Shown here: positions 21,001 through 30,704 of the stretch, one piece after another
How positions within the stretch are numbered: the stretch's first letter is position 1
Layout of the letters: every line of letters begins with the position of its first letter
The notes under the pieces: model-generated
The model's input: only the letters and a program-made list of their open reading frames with translations
Database searches by the model: none
What the model was told of the DNA's origin: nothing
Position numbers and translations under genes: made by a program
From: Acidobacteriota bacterium
GTDB lineage: Bacteria > Acidobacteriota > UBA6911 > RPQK01 > JAJDTT01
Assembly (NCBI GenBank): GCA_963668095.1
Contig: OY764083.1
Location: 1,201,085 to 1,265,084, forward strand
Length of the DNA stretch: 64,000 bases
Reading direction: 5' to 3'

Positions 21001-21576
21001 ATTGACCCGGGGCCGGAAAGGACGATCGGCATCAACGACCGTCCCCATGTCCTTCGCTTTGCGGGCACCTTCAGCTTCCCCTTCGGCAAGGGCCAGCGTT
21101 TTGGACCAAAGTCGGGCCTTGCCAGTCACCTGATCAGTGGGTGGAGTGCAACCTTCATTGGGTTCGCGCAGAGTGGAATCCCCATGAAATGGGGGAATAT
21201 TATTTTCCGGGGCAACATCAGGAACATCTCGGTTGGCCAGCATGAGGCGACCCGAATGTTCAACCAGAATGCCGGTTTTGAGAGGAGCTCCGCCAAACAG
21301 CCCGCCTACAATCTGCGCACCTTTCCCCTTCGTCTTTCCGGGGTCCGGGATCAGGCGCCCACGGACGTGGGTTTGACTCTTGTCAAGAACACTTACATCG
21401 GCGAGCGGTTTCAGGCCCAGTTTCGGTTGGAAGCCTACAATCTCCTCAATTCGCACTACTTCTGGGGCGCCCACCGCAACGCGGTCAATACGAACCCCAC
21501 GAGCAGCGGGTTTGGGACGCAAGGCTTCTCCTCGGGTCCGCGAATCGTCCAGTTTGGCGTGAAGTTCATTTTCTGA
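18010..21576 (+). CDS. TonB-dependent receptor-like outer-membrane protein with N-terminal carboxypeptidase-regulatory-like domain
   Basis: Signal peptide. The CarboxypepD_reg-like start (ISGLVVDASGASVPGAEVRVIHQSTNIAHNTITSDSGYYEAPGLLPGQYRIEA) and a ~1000-aa beta-rich body ending in a C-terminal aromatic residue (…GVKFIF) are typical of this family in Acidobacteria. Confidence 0.8.
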   Translation: MWTANHRTVIAICVFCLMGAGSALLAQGHRAIISGLVVDASGASVPGAEVRVIHQSTNIAHNTITSDSGYYEAPGLLPGQYRIEAALEGFKTTVVEDIPVASNERVRVDLSLDVGEVEDSVTVTSDPTLLQSADADLGVAFGQKPLTSLPIGQGNPTYLFLLSPSADSAAGYGNFSMNQEPYQRAGSGLVRFNGMPTGTAEFTMDGTPNTQRNNAVDGGAVSFNATTELVKEVRIQTTTFDASVGHTGSTTVDVIMKTGTNDYHGEAFYFGRHDMFNANSWVRNRAGQERSSFPYKRFGFTGGGPVFKDKTFFFLGWTHWEQVRFGDSQATVPSAANKSGDFSGLLALGPEYQLYDPMTAVLNEAGRVERQPFPNNIIPSSRIHPIAAPLLGFFLAPNNPSGASPDGFRNYLYDKGYTPLPRTDRHTVLRIDHDLNESHTLFGRYLNSDGPSSGWTMFDNHPGGPGCECVDVHGTRHQIWNFSVGDVWTINPTFVADFRATNNRHTSKARNNAGGLSWADLPTNMSQFVDVEFTGFPYVSITGYPKLSNLPGGHNGFTNFDPGLQVDEIRSASAHFTQISGNHSFRFGADWRGYVYNSVRSDQARTFFTGQFSSGPFDNSPSPPRGHGLADFLLGLHSSTNRNVRADYANYSTYTGIYLQDDWKVTPRLTLNLGLRWEREGPPTEMHDQALTRWAADVENPVSAAVQANYAKNPIQEIPADQFRLMGGVLFAGVDGEPRTVYDSDNNNFSPRTGAAYRLNDNTVLKGGYSRTFIPLNQRHFAARFPIAGFDTSTFAFSSTDGGLTFPGSLDDLFPGGLNQPRGSSDGLMTNLGQLIWMNHGLDRSTTNPYAHQFQLGIQRRLSPNATLEVRYVGNRTRDFGISNNDHNRLPGQYLTRSIERDQAHIDYLTERVPNPFQGVEGVGGSLGVASTIQRQALLRPYPHITGLRSWADKVGSTDYDAMQVEFRAQDLGGWDVQSSYTWGKTMEELQFLNGFGIDPGPERTIGINDRPHVLRFAGTFSFPFGKGQRFGPKSGLASHLISGWSATFIGFAQSGIPMKWGNIIFRGNIRNISVGQHEATRMFNQNAGFERSSAKQPAYNLRTFPLRLSGVRDQAPTDVGLTLVKNTYIGERFQAQFRLEAYNLLNSHYFWGAHRNAVNTNPTSSGFGTQGFSSGPRIVQFGVKFIF

Positions 21577-21609
21577 ACCGGGATCACAAGATTGTAACTG
21601 GCAAGACAA

Positions 21610-21645
21610 AAGCCGGCTATCAAATTTGACGGCCGGCTTTTTTGG
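21610..21645 (+). terminator. rho-independent terminator
   Basis: AGCCGGC…GCCGGCT stem followed by a TTTTTT tract, immediately after the receptor stop codon. Confidence 0.5.
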
Positions 21646-21736
21646 TGCGCCCAGCCGGGCCCGCTTCTGCGATTGAAGGACGGACGCGGGCCCTGCCTAC
21701 CCAGAGCCCGTACCTTGGATTGGAAGGAGACTTGGA

Positions 21737-23413
21737 ATGCGAACAATAGGGTTTGTCCTGCTGGCCATGCTGACGGGTCAGACGGCCCTGCCTGCCCAGA
21801 GCAACCCTCTGGACGTCTCCAGCCGAAGGCAGGTGTTCATCGACGAGCGTTTCCTGGAGGTTTCCGATGGCGTCGAGCTGGTCGTTCACCAGCCGACCAA
21901 GACGAACGAACTCACGATTGCGCCGGAACACCCCTGGGAAACCGTAATTTCCGGCTCCTCCACCGTCATCAAGGCAGGGGATGTCTACCACCTCTGGTAC
22001 AGCGCCAGGGCTCCCAAGAAGAGGGATCCCGACACCGGCGAACCGATGTGGAACAAAGGGAGGTTTCAGAGTCTGGCTTATGCACGCTCGCAGGACGGGA
22101 TTCACTGGGAAAAGCCCATGCTGGGTCTGGCTGAGATCTTCGGAAGCAAGGAGAACAACATCGTTCTTGGCTACGGTGCCGGAGGCGTCAAAGAGGGACT
22201 CATTGGCACCACTGTGTTTCTGGACCCCAACGCAGTTGCCGAAGAGAGATTTCGCCAGTTGGCTTACGTCAGAAACCCCCCTGCGCTCCCCGCTTCCGCC
22301 CTGCACCTGTTTTCTTCCCCAGACGGAATCCACTGGAGCCTCACCCGCAAATCCGTCATCGTTTTCGAGTCGAAAAAGCACCACCTGGATTCCCCAAATG
22401 TGATCTTTTGGGATGATCGCATCCACAAATATGCGGCCTACATCCGGCGAAATCTGCGTCCTCCCGGATCCCAGGGCAGGGCCGTGGCCCGCAGCGAATC
22501 GGACCATCTCGAACGGTTCATGAATGCCGAAGTCACGCCTGTCGTACTGGCTGTCGATCACTTGGATCCCCACCACTACGATTCGAGGGAAGACCGTAAT
22601 GTCCAGGTCATGGATTTGTATACGAACGCCACTGTGAAGTATCCCTGGGCCCAGGACGCCTACTACATGTTCCCCTCGGCCTATTACCACTACCACAGCC
22701 GGTTCCTCCGCGAATTCGAAAACGATCCGGTCTACGATTTCGAATCTTTCTGGGACAAGAAAGGAGAGACCATGCCTCGGGAAGGTCAGACGGCTGCCAA
22801 CACGGGACCACTGGACATCCGGTTCGCAGCAAGCCGGGATGGAATCGACTGGCACCGGTATGACCGCCGCGCCTTTGTGGACCTGGGCATGAAAGGCGAA
22901 TTCGATTCAAAGTCCAACTACATGATTCTCGGCCTGGTTCCCGCTCTCAACGGGCGCGAGATGTACATGTACTACAGCGGCAGCGATCAGATCCATGCCT
23001 GGGGCTTTCAGCCTCAGAGCGAAGCGGTTCGAAGGGAGGGGCTGGGTCCCATTCGGAATATTCGAGCCCTCAGCCGGCTGGTTCTGCGGAGGGACGGGTT
23101 TATCTCCGTTCGAGCATCGTACCCGGGAGGGGGGTTTACCACCCCCGTCCTGAAATTCGAGGGTCGGGAGCTGGTCTTGAACGTCGACACCTCAGCCTTG
23201 GGCACGCTGAGGGTAGAAATACTGGACGAGTTCGACAATCCCCTGGAAGGTTTTCGATTGGGGGACTGCGACCGCATTCACACCACCAACGAGCTGAACC
23301 GGATTGTCACCTGGCACCGGCAGTCGGACGTGAGTCGTCTCGCCGGGAAGCCGGTCAAACTCCGGTTCGTCATGAATGACACCGACTTGTACGCCTTCCA
23401 GTTCAGACGGTGA
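21737..23413 (+). CDS. secreted Asp-box beta-propeller protein, paralog family member 1 (putative glycosidase-like)
   Basis: Signal peptide. Shares conserved blocks with three other genes in the window: RRQVFIDERFLE, SQDGIHWEKP, SPDGIHWS, and a C-terminal …LRFVMNDTDLYAFQF. An AGGAG-like RBS precedes the ATG. Confidence 0.6.
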   Translation: MRTIGFVLLAMLTGQTALPAQSNPLDVSSRRQVFIDERFLEVSDGVELVVHQPTKTNELTIAPEHPWETVISGSSTVIKAGDVYHLWYSARAPKKRDPDTGEPMWNKGRFQSLAYARSQDGIHWEKPMLGLAEIFGSKENNIVLGYGAGGVKEGLIGTTVFLDPNAVAEERFRQLAYVRNPPALPASALHLFSSPDGIHWSLTRKSVIVFESKKHHLDSPNVIFWDDRIHKYAAYIRRNLRPPGSQGRAVARSESDHLERFMNAEVTPVVLAVDHLDPHHYDSREDRNVQVMDLYTNATVKYPWAQDAYYMFPSAYYHYHSRFLREFENDPVYDFESFWDKKGETMPREGQTAANTGPLDIRFAASRDGIDWHRYDRRAFVDLGMKGEFDSKSNYMILGLVPALNGREMYMYYSGSDQIHAWGFQPQSEAVRREGLGPIRNIRALSRLVLRRDGFISVRASYPGGGFTTPVLKFEGRELVLNVDTSALGTLRVEILDEFDNPLEGFRLGDCDRIHTTNELNRIVTWHRQSDVSRLAGKPVKLRFVMNDTDLYAFQFRR

Positions 23414-23473
23414 AAGGGCCTCCGGCAAGAAGTCCGGGCGGTAGGTGCGTTGCGTTCCAAGCCGCGAGCAGAG

Positions 23474-25117
23474 TCATTCCCGGCCCAGACGCGAAGCCAG
23501 ATGCTTCAGCGCAACTCTGGTTTCAATGATCTGCCGTTCCAGGTTCTGTTTGTGCCGGACGGCCTGGCTGTCGTTTCTTTCCCCTGGATGGGCCAGATCC
23601 TCTTCCAACTCACTCAGGTAGCTGCGGCACAGCTCGAGATTGTGATCAGCCGTTGCCGGATTGTGGAAGCCCGCTCCGTTCACTCTGACGTAGACGGGCG
23701 TCGTATGGGCGACCTGGGTGTGGGCGGCATCGGTCCGGGCGGCGACCCAGATCCCATGTTCCACCGGCAGCTCCATCTCGATAGAGAGCAACTCTTTACT
23801 CTGTCCCGGCTCCCCCGCAGAGACTTTCGTCAACGTCTTGGAATGTCCTACGATTTCCAGTTGACGCAAGGGGATTTGAGACGCCTTCCCGTAGGCTTTG
23901 GCTGATATCCGTATTACAGTGCCCGATTCGACCTCCAGCGTCGCGCCGGGAAGCCGGCCATTCACCGTAAACTCCAGCATCGGTCCGCTGGTAACGAAGG
24001 TCCGGCCTGCCTTGACGCCCTGCAGCCAGCGGTCAAACGAGAGGCTGTCGCCGGTATAGGTATAGAACCGGGCGTCGCCGATCTGCGAACACCCCTCTTC
24101 CAGGCCGAAGCGAGGTCCTCGCCCACACCAGGGAAAATCTGAGCCACCTAACGCCGTAAGCCGATATCCAAGATCCAGGAAATGATAATAGTGCTTCAGC
24201 GCCAGCGGCCCTTCCCGCGGACAGAACTGCATCACCTCGAGAAAGTCAAGCTTCCCTCGCAATACGTTGAGTGTCATTCCTCGATAACCGTGAAAAGTCA
24301 TCGCTTGATGGGCGAAGCCGGTAATGCCTCCCAGCTCGTGCACCTGGTCGAAAACACGGCCGTAGTTGTAGTAGTCGTCCCGAAATCGAACGAACTCTTC
24401 CGCACCGAGCGAAATCGTGTGGCCGATCTCGGGCGTCCGGGGGCCTTCCTGACCGGGCGAGAGGATGTAGTCCCCTTCGCGGTAACGGCCCCTGCCGCCC
24501 CAAGCATATTGAGAGTAATAGGTCGCCCAGAAATCCCCCATTTGGAGAAGATGCGCCACGTGCACATCCTCTGCCGCCGTCCAGCGAAGAATGGCCGGAT
24601 CGTCGCGCGGCGACCGCCGCAGGTGAATGTGATCGTCCCCCGAGTACCAGCCACGCCCGGGCATGTCGATCCATCGCTCCAGCTTGTACTCTCGGGAAAG
24701 GCTCTCGCCCGGGTCGAGATCGAGCTTCACGGTTTGCGCAACGAACTCATATCCCTTGGACAGCTTGAGCGAATACGACCCCGGGGGCAGTTGCGCCTCG
24801 AAGGACCCGTCGACATAGAAGGAGCCGTCGGGCTGAAGCAGATACCCTTCCGCGCGATCGTAGCGCCCGTACATGACCGGAATGGCGGCGTCCGGGATGG
24901 GGAGCGCAGATTCCGAGACCGCCAAGGCGCCCGTGACCCGGGGAACGTTGCCGTCCGAGTCCGTCAGCAAGACCCGCACCGGCGTGGGTTGACCGGTGCC
25001 GGCATCGAGGATGCGAACGAAGAGCGAGGCCTCGCGGCTCGAGTGTGCGCAATAAATGAGGCCGAGCACAAAAAACGCTGCGCAGACCAGCCGCCGACCC
25101 GGAAGAGACATGGAACT
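23474..25117 (-). CDS. CehA/McbA-like metallohydrolase with N-terminal carboxypeptidase-regulatory-like domain
   Basis: WYSGDDHIHLRRS motif (the DxHxH of CehA/McbA-type domains) and an N-terminal beta-sandwich segment. Signal peptide MSLPGRRLVCAAFFVLGLIYCAHS supports a start near 25117 (ORF maximum 25279). Confidence 0.5.
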   Translation of the reverse strand, partial: SSMSLPGRRLVCAAFFVLGLIYCAHSSREASLFVRILDAGTGQPTPVRVLLTDSDGNVPRVTGALAVSESALPIPDAAIPVMYGRYDRAEGYLLQPDGSFYVDGSFEAQLPPGSYSLKLSKGYEFVAQTVKLDLDPGESLSREYKLERWIDMPGRGWYSGDDHIHLRRSPRDDPAILRWTAAEDVHVAHLLQMGDFWATYYSQYAWGGRGRYREGDYILSPGQEGPRTPEIGHTISLGAEEFVRFRDDYYNYGRVFDQVHELGGITGFAHQAMTFHGYRGMTLNVLRGKLDFLEVMQFCPREGPLALKHYYHFLDLGYRLTALGGSDFPWCGRGPRFGLEEGCSQIGDARFYTYTGDSLSFDRWLQGVKAGRTFVTSGPMLEFTVNGRLPGATLEVESGTVIRISAKAYGKASQIPLRQLEIVGHSKTLTKVSAGEPGQSKELLSIEMELPVEHGIWVAARTDAAHTQVAHTTPVYVRVNGAGFHNPATADHNLELCRSYLSELEEDLAHPGERNDSQAVRHKQNLERQIIETRVALKHLASRLGRE

Positions 25118-25388
25118 TCGCGCGGCCTTCAACAGGATCTCCATTTCGACGGTTGGACCATCGACAGTATACCTCTCCACCCTGTCCGGTCCCGAACTCC
25201 GGATCAGAAGTTCCGTCGAAGCAGTTGCTCTTTCGACGGGGATATGAACCAGATGGTGACCGTCTGGTTTTGAAACCATTCCTCAGGTAGCTTGGTGGGG
25301 CCGCGTGACGGAAGGTTTCCTGCCATGCTGTACTCTTTTCCAATCCGCTCGATGAATTCACCTGCCAGAAACTACAAGGGAAACATCC

Positions 25389-26468
25389 ATGCCGACCCAT
25401 CGCTCATCCAAACTGCTGATTGCGCTGACCCTTATGGCGCTGGCCGGCGCCGGAACGCTGCTGGCTGAGCCGGCGGGCGAAGCGCCGTGGGCGCGCATTA
25501 CCGAGGACGACAACAGCATCAAGATCGAGACCGGCAAACTCGAAGCCGTCATCCCCAAGAAGAACCCCAAGCAGTGGATGACCGGCATCGAAAAGGGATC
25601 GTTTCTCGATAAGCGCACCGGCTTCCGCGAAGCCGGCGACGGGCTCTGCATTGTGGACTGGATCATGGAGCCCGGCAGCGACGCGGCCTGGCAGGAGCAA
25701 GGGACCAAGACCGTTCGTTATCTGTACAACAACGACAAACACGGTAAGCGGGCCAAGCGCATCATCGAGGGACCCCAGCTCTGCCACCGGATGAAGCCGG
25801 TCCAACCTCAGGTGATCCGGGGCCAGGATTTCGTCGCCGTAAAGACGACCTACCGCTACGAGTACGCCGCCCCCGGCTACAAGGCCGGATCGCAATGGAC
25901 TCAGCTACTGGTGTTCCCGAAGGGCAAGCGCTACTTCTTCTCGATGGACAGAATCGACAGCGTCAACGACTCGGACGAAATGTTCCTCCGCGTCGACATG
26001 CCGGGCTGTGTCCGCCACCGGCGTGGCGAGACGTTCAGCGAGATCTACCTCAGTTACCTGGGTGGTCCGGAAGGGCTGCGGATCCCGCCCAGCGAGTTCT
26101 ACGACGTCTTTCCGCCCGACGAGAAATTCAACTACCGGCGAGACACGCACGAAATGCCGGAGCATTTCATCCGCGCCTACCGCTTGCGCGACCCGGAAAC
26201 GGGCAAACAGGGTCCGTGGCTGGCAGGCATCACGCTCGAACCCTCCGTCGTCTACGAGGCGTGGTGCAACCAGCGGCCCGGGATCGTGATCTTCATCCAT
26301 GAGATTGGAGGCCGGCCGATCAAGGCCGGCGAATCCTTCAGCGCCGCCTTCATCGTCGGCTACTTTGACAGCATCGAGGAAATGCACGCCCTGAATGACC
26401 GCTACCGGGGCCACCGCGCCCTCAGCGTTGACGGGTCGGGATGGCGCCTGGAAAAACAAACGCCCTGA
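25389..26468 (+). CDS. hypothetical secreted protein
   Basis: Clean signal peptide (LLIALTLMALAGAGTLLAEPA). No recognisable family motif. Confidence 0.5.
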   Translation: MPTHRSSKLLIALTLMALAGAGTLLAEPAGEAPWARITEDDNSIKIETGKLEAVIPKKNPKQWMTGIEKGSFLDKRTGFREAGDGLCIVDWIMEPGSDAAWQEQGTKTVRYLYNNDKHGKRAKRIIEGPQLCHRMKPVQPQVIRGQDFVAVKTTYRYEYAAPGYKAGSQWTQLLVFPKGKRYFFSMDRIDSVNDSDEMFLRVDMPGCVRHRRGETFSEIYLSYLGGPEGLRIPPSEFYDVFPPDEKFNYRRDTHEMPEHFIRAYRLRDPETGKQGPWLAGITLEPSVVYEAWCNQRPGIVIFIHEIGGRPIKAGESFSAAFIVGYFDSIEEMHALNDRYRGHRALSVDGSGWRLEKQTP

Positions 26469-26648
26469 TCAAGCAGCCCGTGGTGAAAGTCTCGCGAGCA
26501 CCGAGACCGTTCCTGCGCCCGCCGGACAAGGCGCGATGAGGGAGCATACCGGGAGTATGTGACCGAGTCGCAACGCAGTCCGCCGGGATGCAGGGGCGGT
26601 CGAATGCCGTGACGACTTTTGCCACGGGCTGCAAGGGTATGGGACTCG

Positions 26649-28217
26649 TCAATTCACAAACTGAAACGCATATAGATCCGCATCCTGCAGTTGGAATTGC
26701 AGCCGGACCGGCTCTTCGGCCCACCTGCCGACATCCCTGCCGGATTTCCAGGTGACGGCACGGTCGTGCGTGTCACCGAAGACTTCATTGCAGTCCGCCA
26801 TCGAGAATCCCGGTAGCGGCGATCCATCGGGATGGCGCAGAGCGACGCGGATACTTCCAGCACCGGAGGTGGCGAAGTTCAGGTGAAGTTCTCTTCCTGA
26901 GAAGGTCAGCGGTTTCGTCACCAGTTGGCCGCCGCTCATGGGGGCACTCACCGAGACGAAGCCGTCGAGGCGAAGGGTGTAACGCCGCATCGCACTGCTG
27001 GTCCCGGTCCAGCCACCCTCCTTCGCGTACAGAGACAATTCATTCGGCGCTCCTTTGAGTGCCGACTTGGTTTCGACGACATGCCAAGCCGTGAATTGAT
27101 GACTGTAGTTCCAGGTGTCCTGCCGCTCGATTCCGGGACGCAGGAAGGCTTCGTTCCACCGTTTGAATCTGACGCCGTCCCGGCTGGCCATGAGCAGCGC
27201 TTCCGTGAGCGCCGTACCGTATCGCAGGTTGGCCTCGGCTCGCAGTTCGCGGTGTTCAAGCTCCGGCAAGGCACGCATCGAATCGGACCAGCCACGTTCG
27301 ATATAACGCACCGGAAAGCCAATCAGGATGTGCGGTGCCCGGTAATAGGGTTTGATCTGATTCGTGTAGAGATGCTCGTCGGGCGAGTCCTCGTAGGTCA
27401 GGTCGGCTTCGTCACCCCAGTTGAGGAAGTCGCTGGATGATCCCGTGCGGATGGCTCGGTGGCCGGCCGGCTTCCAGACCTTTTCAGTCGTGATCCCCTC
27501 CGTGAAAGTACGCCAGTAAGCCCGATACTTCCCCAGTGTCGGATCCCAGAAAGCCAGGTTCTGCGAATCGAACGCTCCGTTGGTAATGACCGGTTTGTCG
27601 CGAATCAGCGACCAGTGGATGCCGTCGGGCGACTTGAACGCAAACAGGCCGCCTTCGGCTCGGAGCCCGCCCAACGCCTTGTAGCGGGCCTCGGCCGGAC
27701 AGTTCGGGCGAAGGTCCTTGAACGGTGTGAAGTTGTGAATGCCCACACCGTCCCACACGATGTTGTTCTGTTTCGAACCGTTGAACTCGAACAGACCGAG
27801 GATCGGTTTCGTCCAACCGATTCCGTCCCGGCTTTCCGCATAGCAATAGACAGTCTTGTGGCGGTTCGTGATGAGCCGGCCGTCTTTCACTTCGAGTTGT
27901 GACCCGCGATAGTACATCCGGTAGAGGTCGCCATCCTGAAAAACGGTGTGGTACCCACTGCTGGTGCCTTCCCAAGGGGCATCGTGGACAAGTGCGATCT
28001 CACGCGGAATCGGGTGGTGCAGCCGCGGTTCGGCCTTCCCCTCCAATCGTTCAATCAGAAAATTATCGACAAACAGCTCGCGCCGCGAGCCGATGTCGAT
28101 CAAGGTTTCCTGCTGTCGCTTTCCGGCGAAGGAAGTCGAGGGAGCCAAGGCTGGGAGCCCCAGGGCCGTAGATTGTAGGAACTCTCTTCTTCTTATCTGG
28201 TTCATTGGCAACCCCAT
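26649..28217 (-). CDS. secreted Asp-box beta-propeller protein, paralog family member 2 (TAT signal)
   Basis: RRREFL twin-arginine motif. Shares SRRELFVDNFLIERLEG…LHHP, SRDGIGWTKP, SPDGIHWSLIRDKPVI and C-terminal …LQFQLQDADLYAFQFVN with paralogs 1 and 3. Confidence 0.6.
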   Translation of the reverse strand: MGLPMNQIRRREFLQSTALGLPALAPSTSFAGKRQQETLIDIGSRRELFVDNFLIERLEGKAEPRLHHPIPREIALVHDAPWEGTSSGYHTVFQDGDLYRMYYRGSQLEVKDGRLITNRHKTVYCYAESRDGIGWTKPILGLFEFNGSKQNNIVWDGVGIHNFTPFKDLRPNCPAEARYKALGGLRAEGGLFAFKSPDGIHWSLIRDKPVITNGAFDSQNLAFWDPTLGKYRAYWRTFTEGITTEKVWKPAGHRAIRTGSSSDFLNWGDEADLTYEDSPDEHLYTNQIKPYYRAPHILIGFPVRYIERGWSDSMRALPELEHRELRAEANLRYGTALTEALLMASRDGVRFKRWNEAFLRPGIERQDTWNYSHQFTAWHVVETKSALKGAPNELSLYAKEGGWTGTSSAMRRYTLRLDGFVSVSAPMSGGQLVTKPLTFSGRELHLNFATSGAGSIRVALRHPDGSPLPGFSMADCNEVFGDTHDRAVTWKSGRDVGRWAEEPVRLQFQLQDADLYAFQFVN

Positions 28218-28298
28218 TCAATTGAAATCCCATCTGGACAAGGCCAAGCTCTTCGCCTTCCAGTGGGTGGAGGGGTGAAGGCACGGCCCGTTTGACGA

Positions 28299-30431
28299 TC
28301 AATGAGCCAATTTCACTATTTCTTCCGCCGACAGGGCCCGGTCGAACACCGCCACTTCGTCGAGGCGGCCTTCCCAATTGGACTGATTGTCGCAACGGCC
28401 GCCAAAGAACAAGCGGTCCAACGGGACGGGAAAATCCGCGGGTACCTCGATCTCGATCTCGATCTCGGGCTGGCGGCTTCCATTCAAATAAACCCGCACT
28501 GTTTCATCGTCGCGTACGAACACAACCTGATTCCAACTCCAGCGCCGAATCTCCGTCCGACCCGCCACCAGCTTCCCTCCCTCGCCGTTCTCACCTCGGA
28601 GGAAGACAAGCTTACCCGGATGACTCGTGCCTCCCAGGCCGAGGTGGTCGCCTTCCAGACCATGGTCGCGGCCACGTGAGAACATCCAGCCGGCGATCTG
28701 GCGAGCATCTGCCGGCATGCCATTCCAGAACCAGAGGGCCACGGAATACCGATCGCCCAAGTCGGCAATTCGTGCCCGCAGCCGTCCTCCCGCAAAGTGG
28801 GCCGCTCGATTCTGCTCATCTTCCCTGCAGTAAGTCCCCGAGCGTGGACCCTCGAGGAAGAACGCCACACCCGGCTCGTACAGCGCGTCACGATCCTGAC
28901 CGGACGAATCCAGGGCCCGGGAACCAGTGAATTCATCGAGTCGCCAGTAGGCCGCCGGACCGGCTTTCAGGAGGGCCTCGAAGGCGGGACCACGGCTCTG
29001 TTGGTACGGACGCCGGGGCCGCGCGGCCACTTTTTCCAACAACTGGAGGGCGGCTTCGGTGATTTTCGGTTCGGCCTCGATCTCCAGTCCGGCCCCGCGT
29101 TTCGCCCAGGTGTTGTAGCCTCCGAGAAAATGCTGTTCGGGTGGCGGAATGTAGCCGTCCCCGCCGTTGGCCAGGTCCATCACCATGGTCTTCGGCAGCG
29201 GGCTCTGCAGCTTCAGCTTCAAGCCGGTGAGGGCATAGGTTTCGGTGGGAGTCGTTGCGACTGCGATGTCGCCGATGCGGAGGGCCTGAACCACGATTTC
29301 GGTCGACTGCCGTTCGTGCATGACGATTTGCTCACGGGCGTAGGCTTCCACGCTCACTTTGGGTATCCGATCTCCCATCGCTTCCACGATCCGGCGGGCC
29401 CACTCCAGGCGCTGTTCGTCCGGGACCCGATACTCGAGTTCCAGTCGCTTCTCCGCCATGGCCAAGTCCGGATCCTCGCGATATTCGATCGTGCCATAAG
29501 CGCCCAGGACGAGGTCCACCAGCTCCGCCGAGTAACCTTCGATCGTAGGCTCATACCTGGAGGGCGGGGACTTTGCGTAGTCGCGCCGCCAGATATCGCC
29601 GCTGCAGCCGTGTGACATGATCCCCACGAAGGGCGGGCCGCTGTCGTCGTGGTGGTCGCCAAGGCGGGACTTCAGCCCTTCGCAGAACAATCCGAAGTAG
29701 TCCGCGCTGAGGCCCTGCTCGCCCGAAAAGTAGTGCATGGAAAAGTTGGCCAGCACCGCGATCGGGCGGCCGTCGAGCGCTTGAAACGAAATCAGCGACA
29801 GCTCGGGATCCTCCGGCCCGGACGGGCCGGTGACATTGTCCCAGTTGCTGGCGGCGTGCATGGTCGCGCGTACGGTGGGGTTGCCGAACACGTCGTCGGC
29901 GATTCGGTCCGGCCGGCGAATCCAGCGCCGCGTGGCCGTGAATTTCTCGGCGTTCACGACGGCCCAGCCCACTTGAGCGGGTTCGAGGTTCGCTTCCGCC
30001 TCGGCCAGGGCTTGAGCGATCCTCCCCGGAAGATAGGCCAGATAAGTCGGCTCAGCGTGCACCATGCTATCCGCGACCGACGGCGCGGAGTGCGTATGCG
30101 TCGCCGAGATCAGCATTCGATCGGTTCGGATCTGCGTTCGCCGCGCCGCCAGTTGCTTCACCTCATCCAAGAACGGACGTTGCATCAAACAACTATCGAC
30201 CACCACAATCCCGAGACGCACTCGGCCGTCGTCGAGCACGATCGCCCGTGAATTCAATGGTGTCTTCACCTCTCCGACAGTACGGGCGACGAGGCCGCCG
30301 TTGACGACGACAGGCAGCTTCAGGGGTGTCACGTCCACCACCGCCGCCCCAGCCTTGAACTCAGCCGAAGCGTCTACCGTCGTCAAGACCGACAAGACGC
30401 AAAACAGAAAAGGTGCCGCATGCGACTTCAT
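28299..30431 (-). CDS. secreted protein: neutral/alkaline ceramidase-like N-terminal domain fused to C-terminal LamG (concanavalin-like) domain
   Basis: N-terminus AAVVDVTPLKLPVVVNGG…RAIVLDDGRVRLGIVVVD resembles the ceramidase N-terminal domain. C-terminus …GRLDEVAVFDRALSAEEIVKLAH matches the LamG signature. Confidence 0.55.
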   Translation of the reverse strand: MKSHAAPFLFCVLSVLTTVDASAEFKAGAAVVDVTPLKLPVVVNGGLVARTVGEVKTPLNSRAIVLDDGRVRLGIVVVDSCLMQRPFLDEVKQLAARRTQIRTDRMLISATHTHSAPSVADSMVHAEPTYLAYLPGRIAQALAEAEANLEPAQVGWAVVNAEKFTATRRWIRRPDRIADDVFGNPTVRATMHAASNWDNVTGPSGPEDPELSLISFQALDGRPIAVLANFSMHYFSGEQGLSADYFGLFCEGLKSRLGDHHDDSGPPFVGIMSHGCSGDIWRRDYAKSPPSRYEPTIEGYSAELVDLVLGAYGTIEYREDPDLAMAEKRLELEYRVPDEQRLEWARRIVEAMGDRIPKVSVEAYAREQIVMHERQSTEIVVQALRIGDIAVATTPTETYALTGLKLKLQSPLPKTMVMDLANGGDGYIPPPEQHFLGGYNTWAKRGAGLEIEAEPKITEAALQLLEKVAARPRRPYQQSRGPAFEALLKAGPAAYWRLDEFTGSRALDSSGQDRDALYEPGVAFFLEGPRSGTYCREDEQNRAAHFAGGRLRARIADLGDRYSVALWFWNGMPADARQIAGWMFSRGRDHGLEGDHLGLGGTSHPGKLVFLRGENGEGGKLVAGRTEIRRWSWNQVVFVRDDETVRVYLNGSRQPEIEIEIEVPADFPVPLDRLFFGGRCDNQSNWEGRLDEVAVFDRALSAEEIVKLAH

Positions 30432-30704
30432 GTGATGTTCCCTCCCGGTCGTGGAAGACGGCTACGCGATGTGGAACTGGACAACTTGCTGGTCGAACAA
30501 ATCGACAACACTGGCACTCCCCGAAATTGTGGCTAAATCGACCGCCACAGTTGTATGCTAGGTGAAAGCCGCGTGCGGTCGCGGGGATTTCAGCGCCAGC
30601 CTTCTGGATATTGTCAACATATGATGGGGGAAAACCCGTCCTTCGCGAGCGCTCTATTCTCGCCTTGGATTTCAGTCACTGGCAGCCTCGAACGAAAAGG
30701 GCTG

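Noticed and set aside
19627-21609. 660-aa ORF on - strand
   Set aside because: Antisense to the TonB-dependent receptor-like gene, whose beta-barrel C-terminus and CarboxypepD_reg N-terminus are clear.
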